This document shows positions 25,688 through 32,000 of a stretch of 32,000 nucleotides of DNA, piece by piece (position 1 is the stretch's first letter; every line of letters starts with the position of its first letter). A model generated the notes under the pieces. It was not told the DNA's origin, made no database searches, and saw only the letters and a program-made list of their open reading frames with translations. Location: positions 24,039-56,038 of the forward strand of contig NZ_SLXV01000007.1 of NCBI RefSeq assembly GCF_004341445.1, read 5' to 3'. The position numbers and the translations under genes are program-made. The stretch is from Baia soyae (GTDB lineage: Bacteria; Bacillota; Bacilli; Thermoactinomycetales; Thermoactinomycetaceae).

Positions 25688-26623
25688 ATGGCACGTATGA
25701 CGAAACCGTTCGCAGTACTTGCGACACTAGCCCTTTCTGTTACCGCTTTTCAAGGCGTTGTAGCAGCAGAAGAAACAAAACCAGCCCCTACCACCCCACC
25801 TACTGAGCAAAAAACAACAGCTCCTGAAACCAAAGTAGAAGTGAAAGTGGAAGATAAAAAAGGTACAGAAGCTGATAAAAAAGCGGAAGTTAAACCAGAA
25901 GACAAAAAAGCAACCGAAACTGGTAATAAAACAGATGAAAAAACAGGTGACAAAGCGGACGGCAAAACAGATGGGAAGACGGATGGTAAAACAGGTGAAA
26001 CACCTAATACCAATCCTTCAACACCTGGAACAAATAAACCAGCTGATAAAAAAGAAGACGAAGAAGAAGCTAAAGGACCTTACCTATATGCAGAAGCTTC
26101 ATTGAAAAATGGGACTCTTACCATAACCGCTACCATTAAAAATGCAAAACATATTAAAGGTCTTTGGTATGCAGACGGATTCAAATCAGGTACAGAAAAG
26201 CGCGTATTTACAGATGAAATACAGAGTAAAAATGGTTTCTCTCAAACCTTTACCTTTAAAAATGTAAAGCCTGGTGTCTATAATTTGAATGTAGGCTTTA
26301 TCGGAACAGTTGACGAGTTCCAGGCAGATGAAAGAAACTCCGTTCTACTAGAAATCGATACGAGAAAAGGCGGAGCTACAAAGCCAGCTAAGAAAGAAAC
26401 TGCTGTTAAAAAAGCACCAGCCAAGAAAGAAGCTACTACAGAAAAAACCACCACTGATAAAAAAGAAACCCAAAAAGCAAAAGCTACAACAGATAGCAAA
26501 GGTGGTAACCTACCAAAAACCGCTACTAGCTACCCAATCGCTACCGCTGCGGGCGCGGCTGTCTTGATGGCAGGAGCAGGTCTATTCTTCATAGCACGTC
26601 GTCGTAAGCAAAACCAATCATAA
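25688..26623 (+). CDS. Sortase-anchored surface protein, paralog 3 (one-module form)
   Basis: Same signal peptide. Long K/E/D/T-rich stalk with DGKT x3. One module (LKNGTLTITATIKNAKHIKGLW ... FTFKNVKPGVYNLNVGFIGTVD). LPKTATSYPIATAAGAAVLMAGAGLFFIARRRKQNQS. Confidence 0.9.
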   Translation: MARMTKPFAVLATLALSVTAFQGVVAAEETKPAPTTPPTEQKTTAPETKVEVKVEDKKGTEADKKAEVKPEDKKATETGNKTDEKTGDKADGKTDGKTDGKTGETPNTNPSTPGTNKPADKKEDEEEAKGPYLYAEASLKNGTLTITATIKNAKHIKGLWYADGFKSGTEKRVFTDEIQSKNGFSQTFTFKNVKPGVYNLNVGFIGTVDEFQADERNSVLLEIDTRKGGATKPAKKETAVKKAPAKKEATTEKTTTDKKETQKAKATTDSKGGNLPKTATSYPIATAAGAAVLMAGAGLFFIARRRKQNQS

Positions 26624-26637
26624 TATGAGATATGAAA

Positions 26638-26664
26638 GCATGCCTATACTAGGTGTGCTTTTTC
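26638..26664 (+). terminator. Terminator of paralog 3
   Basis: AGCATGCCTA pairs with TAGGTGTGCT, then TTTTT. Confidence 0.65.
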
Positions 26665-26755
26665 TTACACTCGACACGTAAAGAAAAATGAATTAAACCG
26701 GCATTTTCTTATATCAAACCAAAGAATTCCGGTTTTAATAAAGTTGTCATTCTTT

Positions 26756-26825
26756 ATTGAACGAACTGTGAAAGGAGCTAAAATGGCTCATTTTGAGACA
26801 CAAAAAAAGAGAGTCCATCCGATAT
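26756..26825 (+). promoter_or_regulatory. Conserved upstream module of paralog 4
   Basis: ATTGAA-cgaac-TGTGAA (26756-26772). TAAAAT (26779-26784). AAAATGgctCATTTT (26780-26794). GACAC (26797-26801), 18 nt, CGATAT (26820-26825). Confidence 0.55.
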
Positions 26826-26880
26826 TAAATATGAGTAACGAAAAAACAAACGATTAATAACTAACTGGAGATGACTATTC

Positions 26881-27822
26881 ATGAAACGTATGACGAAACC
26901 ATTCGCAGTACTTGCGACACTAGCACTTTCTGTTACTGCTTTTCAAGGCGTTGTAGCAGCCGCTGAACCTCAAGTTAATCCTACACCGACTACCTCTACT
27001 ACAGAGCAAAAAGCAACTCCTGAAACCAAGATTGATACAAAAGTAAACGACAAAACCAGTGAAAAAATGGACAGTAAAACAACTGACAAAAAAGAGAACC
27101 AAAATGACGGTAAAACCGCTGACAAAAAGGATGAACCAAAAGGGGATAAAGCGGATGGGAAGACAGGTGGACAACCTAACACCAACCCTCCAGCCGCTGG
27201 AACAAATAAGCCAGCTGACAAGAACGAAACAGTCAAAGAGCCGAAATTCCAAACATCCGCTGTAGTGAAAAATGGCACTCTTACTGTAACTGAAACCATT
27301 AAAAATGCAAAACATGCTAAAGGAGATTGGTACGTAATCGTATCAAAAGACTCTGAGCCAGATTGGAGCAAAGCAACACACAAGACTTCGAAAATGAACC
27401 GCAGTGGACTTACCCAGACATTCACATTTAAAAATGTAAAGCCGGGTCATTACAATGTGTTTGTTGGCTTCGTTGGAACGGTTGATGGTATAACCGGAGA
27501 AGGCTACTCTGAAGTGGCAATTGAAGTGAAAGGCGGAGCTGTCAAACAAGTTAAGAAGCAAACTAAGACACAAACTAAAAAACAAGCTACTGTAAAAAAA
27601 TCTACAACTAAAACAAAAGTAAAAAGCACCACTACTAAAAAAGCAACGACTAAAGCTCCTACCAACGAAAAAACAACAAAACCAACTGTAAACGGCCAAG
27701 GGGGTAAATTACCGAAAACCGCGACTAGCTATCCAATCGCTACCGTCGCGGGGGCGGCTGTTCTAATGGCGGGGGCGGGTCTCTTCCTCGTAGCGCGTCG
27801 TCGTAAGCAAAATCAATCTTAG
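26881..27822 (+). CDS. Sortase-anchored surface protein, paralog 4 (one-module form)
   Basis: Same signal peptide. One module (VKNGTLTVTETIKNAKHAKGDW ... FTFKNVKPGHYNVFVGFVGTVDG). A K/T-rich linker. LPKTATSYPIATVAGAAVLMAGAGLFLVARRRKQNQS. Confidence 0.9.
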   Translation: MKRMTKPFAVLATLALSVTAFQGVVAAAEPQVNPTPTTSTTEQKATPETKIDTKVNDKTSEKMDSKTTDKKENQNDGKTADKKDEPKGDKADGKTGGQPNTNPPAAGTNKPADKNETVKEPKFQTSAVVKNGTLTVTETIKNAKHAKGDWYVIVSKDSEPDWSKATHKTSKMNRSGLTQTFTFKNVKPGHYNVFVGFVGTVDGITGEGYSEVAIEVKGGAVKQVKKQTKTQTKKQATVKKSTTKTKVKSTTTKKATTKAPTNEKTTKPTVNGQGGKLPKTATSYPIATVAGAAVLMAGAGLFLVARRRKQNQS

Positions 27823-27831
27823 TCACAAAAC

Positions 27832-27874
27832 AAAACAGGAGTCCTCGCTCAAAGCGGGAGTCCTGTTTTGTTTT
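27832..27874. terminator. Bidirectional terminator between paralog 4 and yvlD
   Basis: AACAGGA (27834-27840) pairs with TCCTGTT (27861-27867), with an inner TCGC/GCGG helix. A-rich run to the left and TTTTGTTTT to the right. Confidence 0.7.
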
Positions 27875-28209
27875 CAATCTAATATAAGGCCAATGACCCA
27901 AGAAGTTACACTGATAATCAACGATGCTATTACAGCAGAGATAAAGTTTTGAATCTCAAATCCATCAACTAAAAATGCAGTTACGTATAACATCCCTACA
28001 TTAATTAGTAAGGTAAACAAACCTAATGTTAAGATTTGAATTGGTAACGATAAAAATGAGATAATGGGACGAATGAAGATATTAGCCAGTCCCAAAACAA
28101 TCGCTACCACTAATGCCGTTCCAGCTCCGCTGACGCTAATACCAGGCACATAGTGGGCGATGAGAAAGATCACAACGGCATTTAACACAAGCCTGAAAAT
28201 CCAAGTCAT
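27874..28209 (-). CDS. yvlD: YvlD-like small membrane protein (4-TM, phage holin family IV-like)
   Basis: 111 aa, four hydrophobic spans. The sequence pattern NAVVIFLIAHYVPGI ... LVDGFEI matches what I recall for YvlD/PF04020-type proteins. Confidence 0.7.
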   Translation of the reverse strand: MTWIFRLVLNAVVIFLIAHYVPGISVSGAGTALVVAIVLGLANIFIRPIISFLSLPIQILTLGLFTLLINVGMLYVTAFLVDGFEIQNFISAVIASLIISVTSWVIGLILD

Positions 28210-28356
28210 AATACATACCCCATTTCATAGTGCTTGTATAGTTTTAAGGAAAAAGCAGACTCTATATAGAAGTACACTTCTTCTTTTTCCTACTTTTATG
28301 TTACTCTCTAATAATAAATGTTTCCATACATGAAATCGATTATGAGGTGAACGATT

Positions 28357-29256
28357 ATGCAATTAGGAATGATTGGTCTTGGTAAGATGGGTTACAACTT
28401 AGTACGAAATATGTTAAGTCATCGTCATGAAGTAGTTGCTTACGATGTATCGCCAGAGCCTGCAAAGGAGTTAGCAAACTATGGTGCAGTCCCTGCTACT
28501 ACGATTGAAGAACTCGTAAGCAAACTACACAAACCACGCACCGTTTGGATGATGGTTCCTGCTGGTAAGATCGTGGATCAAGTGATTGATCAAGTAATTC
28601 CTCATCTAGAACCAGGTGATATCGTCATCGATGGTGGTAACTCTCACTACAAAGACACCTTAGCACGGGGAGAACGGCTTCAAGCAAAAGGGATTCACTA
28701 CATGGATGCAGGTACCTCCGGGGGCACCTCTGGCGCTCTAGAGGGCGGCTGTTTCATGATTGGAGGCTCTCCAGAAGCATGGGATCATGTAAAAGACATG
28801 TTCCACGATTTATCGGTTGAGAAAGGGTACTTATATACCGGAAAAGTAGGTAGCGGTCACTTCCTCAAAATGATACATAACGGAATTGAGTACGGCATGA
28901 TGCAAGCCATTGCAGAAGGCTTTGAAATCCTAGACAAAAGCCAATTTGATTATAACTTTGAAGAAGTATCACGAGTATGGGCCAATGGTTCCGTCATACG
29001 TGGATGGCTGATGGATCTCATGGAAAACGCCTTCTCCAAAGATCCAAAACTAGACCAAATTCGCGGCGTAATGAACGCTTCCGGTGAAGGGCAATGGACA
29101 GTGGAAACCGCCCTTGACCTAAAAGCAAACGCCCCTGTCATTGCCCTATCCATGTTCATGCGCTTTCGCTCCCTTGAAGACGATACCTTCCACGGAAAAG
29201 TAGTCGCCGCCCTTCGCAACGAATTCGGTGGTCACGCAGTAGTCCGCAAGGAATAG
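28357..29256 (+). CDS. Short-form 6-phosphogluconate dehydrogenase (decarboxylating)-like NAD(P) oxidoreductase
   Basis: Rossmann N-terminus MIGLGKMGYNLVRNM. Motifs GGNSHYKDT, DAGTSGG, GSGHFLKMIHNGIEYGMMQ. About 300 aa, like the YqeC/Gnd short form. Confidence 0.85.
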   Translation: MQLGMIGLGKMGYNLVRNMLSHRHEVVAYDVSPEPAKELANYGAVPATTIEELVSKLHKPRTVWMMVPAGKIVDQVIDQVIPHLEPGDIVIDGGNSHYKDTLARGERLQAKGIHYMDAGTSGGTSGALEGGCFMIGGSPEAWDHVKDMFHDLSVEKGYLYTGKVGSGHFLKMIHNGIEYGMMQAIAEGFEILDKSQFDYNFEEVSRVWANGSVIRGWLMDLMENAFSKDPKLDQIRGVMNASGEGQWTVETALDLKANAPVIALSMFMRFRSLEDDTFHGKVVAALRNEFGGHAVVRKE

Positions 29257-29273
29257 ATACATCAAAAATACTA

Positions 29274-29311
29274 ACACCCCTATGATTAATCTCGATCATA
29301 GGGGTGTTTTC
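29274..29311. terminator. Terminator between gnd-like and uvrA (convergent)
   Basis: ACACCCCTATGAT (29274-29286) pairs with ATCATAGGGGTGT (29295-29307), then TTTT. An A-rich run lies on the other side. Confidence 0.75.
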
Positions 29312-29372
29312 TATGAGAAGGCCTGATTACAGGTAAGGAACATTCTAGGGACAATGTATCTGTCCCGTATTC

Positions 29373-32000
29373 TCATGACAACGCAACCGCAGTCTCATCT
29401 TGCGTAGCCCGCTCATTCTTCTCTTGCTCCATCCGCTCTCGATCACGCCGCAATATTGGCTCTAGATACTGTCCAGTATAAGAACCCTTCACCTTCACTA
29501 CTTCCTCAGGAGTCCCTTTCGCGATGATCTTACCACCACCGCTCCCCCCTTCTGGACCTAGATCAATAATATAATCGGCTGTTTTAATCACATCCAGATT
29601 ATGCTCAATCACAAGCACGGAATCCCCATTTTGGCAGAGCCGTTGTAGCACAACCAGCAAGCGAGCAATATCATCGATATGAAGACCCGTTGTAGGCTCA
29701 TCTAAAATATACAAGGTTCGTCCGGTACTCCGTTTATATAACTCAGAAGCTAACTTCACCCGCTGTGCTTCCCCACCCGATAAAGTAGTAGCTGGCTGGC
29801 CAAGCTTCATATAACCTAAGCCCACATCAAACAACGTTTGTAACTTCCTCTTGATACGAGGAATATTTTCAAAGAAAGTAAGCGCATCTTCAATCGTCAT
29901 ATCGAGGACGTCCGATACATTTTTCCCTTTATACTTGATCTCCAGCGTATCGCGATTATAACGCTTCCCTTTACACTCTTCACACGGAACATAGACATCG
30001 GGTAGGAAATGCATCTCAATTTTAATAATCCCGTCCCCACGACAAGCTTCACAACGTCCACCTTTTACGTTAAAACTAAAGCGTCCCTTCTGGTAGCCAC
30101 GTACTTTGGCCTCTTGTGTAGCCGCAAATACATCCCTCACATCATCAAACACGCCTGTGTACGTAGCCGGATTGCTTCGTGGAGTACGACCAATAGGCGA
30201 TTGGTCAATATTAATCACTTTATCCAGCTGTTTTAAACCCTTGATTTCTTTATACTGACCCGGAACCACCCTAGAACGATGTAGTTCGCGTGACAACGAT
30301 TTCAGCAAGATCTCATTTATTAAGGTACTTTTTCCAGAGCCTGAAACCCCTGTGACAGCAGTAAACACACCAAGTGGAATTTTCACAGAGACATTACGCA
30401 AATTATTTTCACTTGCTCCTTTTATCTCTAACCACTTATCGCCCGTTTCTCTACGCTCCTCAGGTAAGGGGATAAACTTACGACCACTTAAATAAGCTCC
30501 TGTCAATGATTCAGGATTCTCCATCACTTCCTGGGGAGTCCCCTCGGCCGTTACGACGCCCCCATGGACTCCTGCACCTGGTCCAATATCGAGGATGTAA
30601 TCAGCGGCTAGCATCGTATCTTCATCGTGTTCTACCACGATCAGCGTATTACCTAAGTCGCGCATCCTTTTTAAAGTCTCGATCAAACGGGTATTATCCC
30701 GTTGATGCAGTCCAATACTAGGCTCATCGAGAATATAGAGGACTCCCATCAAACTGGAACCGATCTGTGTAGCTAACCGGATTCGTTGTGCCTCTCCACC
30801 TGATAGAGTCCCGGCCGCACGATTTAAGGTTAAGTAATTTAATCCTACATTGACCAAGAAGCCAAGGCGATCCTTGATTTCTTTCATTACTTGACGGGCA
30901 ATCTGCGTATCTTTCTCTGATAATTGCAGTTGATCAAAGAACTCCCACGCATCAGCGATCGACAAAGCGCCTACATAATGAATATTTTCTCCGCCAACGG
31001 TTACATGGAGGATTTCTTGACGAAGCCGCGCACCTTTACAGGTTGGACAAGGTTTCGTTGTCATATAAGACTCTAACTGTTCTCGAACCATTTCGGAGGA
31101 TGTCTCTCGATAGCGGCGTTGCATATTCGTGATGACACCTTCGAAACGAGCGTCCATTTCCCGGGACATGCCCATCTCATTTTGATAGAGGAAGCGGAAT
31201 TTCTCTTTTGATCCATATAAGATTAGATCTTGATGCTTTTTACTCAATTTCTCAAAAGCAATATCCATATTGATACCAAATGCCTCACAGGCTGCTGTTA
31301 ACAACTTCTCGTAATAAGAATTCGGAGAGGAGTACCAAGGTTCAATAGCCCCTTCGCTCAGGGACAAGGAACGATCTGGAATCATGAGGTCTGGATCAAT
31401 CTCCATTCGATTCCCCAATCCATCACAGGTAGTACAAGCCCCAAAAGGACTGTTAAAAGAAAACATTCTAGGCGATAACTCGTCCATACTAAATCCACAG
31501 GTAGGACAAGCCAGATTCTGACTAAACATTAATTCCTCGCCATCGATCACATCAATGAGTACTTCCCCATCTGATAATTGAAGCGCAGTCTCAATGGAAT
31601 CTGTTAGCCTTGTTTCAATGCCTTCTTTGATCACAATACGATCCACAACCACTTCAATGGAGTGCTTTTTGTTTTTCTCCAGTTGAATTTCCTCGGAAAT
31701 TTCCATCAGCTCTCCATTGACTCGTACCCTTACAAATCCCTGGCGCCCCACCTCTTGCAGGAGTTTGACATGCTCCCCTTTACGCCCTTTTACAATCGGC
31801 GCTAAAATTTGGATCCGTGTCCGCTCAGCTAGTTCCATAATTCGATCTACCATCATCGGTACGGTTTGGGAAGCAATTTCAATGCCGTGCTCAGGACAAT
31901 GCGGATGGCCTACACGGGCAAAGAGAAGCCTTAGATAGTCGTAGATCTCCGTCACAGTCCCGACTGTAGAACGAGGGTTTCGACTGGTCGTTTTCTGGTC
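29373..32000 (-). CDS. uvrA: Excinuclease ABC subunit A, 5'-truncated by the window edge
   Basis: Two ABC modules ([17 protein letters not shown] x2) and zinc-finger Cys clusters. The frame stays open upstream of the track's GTG at 31955, reading [31 protein letters not shown], which is internal UvrA sequence. The gene therefore continues beyond 32000. Confidence 0.95.
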   Translation of the reverse strand, partial: DQKTTSRNPRSTVGTVTEIYDYLRLLFARVGHPHCPEHGIEIASQTVPMMVDRIMELAERTRIQILAPIVKGRKGEHVKLLQEVGRQGFVRVRVNGELMEISEEIQLEKNKKHSIEVVVDRIVIKEGIETRLTDSIETALQLSDGEVLIDVIDGEELMFSQNLACPTCGFSMDELSPRMFSFNSPFGACTTCDGLGNRMEIDPDLMIPDRSLSLSEGAIEPWYSSPNSYYEKLLTAACEAFGINMDIAFEKLSKKHQDLILYGSKEKFRFLYQNEMGMSREMDARFEGVITNMQRRYRETSSEMVREQLESYMTTKPCPTCKGARLRQEILHVTVGGENIHYVGALSIADAWEFFDQLQLSEKDTQIARQVMKEIKDRLGFLVNVGLNYLTLNRAAGTLSGGEAQRIRLATQIGSSLMGVLYILDEPSIGLHQRDNTRLIETLKRMRDLGNTLIVVEHDEDTMLAADYILDIGPGAGVHGGVVTAEGTPQEVMENPESLTGAYLSGRKFIPLPEERRETGDKWLEIKGASENNLRNVSVKIPLGVFTAVTGVSGSGKSTLINEILLKSLSRELHRSRVVPGQYKEIKGLKQLDKVINIDQSPIGRTPRSNPATYTGVFDDVRDVFAATQEAKVRGYQKGRFSFNVKGGRCEACRGDGIIKIEMHFLPDVYVPCEECKGKRYNRDTLEIKYKGKNVSDVLDMTIEDALTFFENIPRIKRKLQTLFDVGLGYMKLGQPATTLSGGEAQRVKLASELYKRSTGRTLYILDEPTTGLHIDDIARLLVVLQRLCQNGDSVLVIEHNLDVIKTADYIIDLGPEGGSGGGKIIAKGTPEEVVKVKGSYTGQYLEPILRRDRERMEQEKNERATQDETAVALS

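Noticed and set aside
22406-27699. Long antisense or out-of-frame ORFs inside the four surface-protein genes (e.g. 22406-23005, 23643-24005, 24132-24527, 25750-26013, 26920-27315, 26970-27425, 27343-27699)
   Set aside because: They mirror low-complexity, K/E/T-rich coding sequence. They lack SD sequences and give nonsense-looking S/F/L-rich products. The sense frames have signal peptides and sorting signals.
22205-27875. Repeat array as CRISPR or a mobile element
   Set aside because: The repeated units are about 1-1.3 kb protein-coding paralogs, not short repeat-spacer units. No cas, transposase, integrase or terminal inverted repeats were seen.

Overview
The window looks like a chromosomal segment from a low-GC Gram-positive (Bacillales-type) genome. 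Supporting signals are a T-box leader, a CtsR operator, HPr kinase plus a Crh-like protein, the rapZ-yvcK-whiA block, lgt and a sortase. About 26 kb is conserved housekeeping: tRNA-Arg, T-box-controlled argS, a class A PBP homologue, a prolyl-4-hydroxylase-like oxygenase, a NodB deacetylase and clpP. It continues with crh-whiA-yvcK-rapZ, a thioredoxin-like/TPR pair, prs, a Ham1 plus HisH-like pair, class 2 pyrD, an acetyltransferase, lgt-hprK-msmX, yvlD, a short gnd-like dehydrogenase and a partial uvrA. From memory, the order resembles the B. subtilis yvc/yvo/yvl-uvrA neighbourhood. The clearly accessory part is about 21.2-27.9 kb. It holds a PucR-type regulator transcribed divergently from four tandem paralogous surface proteins, with a YhcS/class-D-like sortase nested among them. 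The four paralogs share a signal peptide and an LPKT(A/S) sorting signal, and their central domains belong to no family I recognise. Each paralog has its own terminator and the same upstream module: an 11-bp-phased TGTGAA direct repeat plus GACAC-N17/18-CGATAT. This cassette is my best candidate for an undescribed system. Secondary oddities are a PBP whose three transpeptidase motifs are all mutated, a HisH-like amidotransferase with Asn in place of the catalytic Cys (paired with an ITPA-type pyrophosphatase), and a Crh-type protein that keeps the His15-equivalent. I saw no rRNA, CRISPR array, transposase or integrase. All calls come from reading the sequence and from remembered family motifs; no database search was run.
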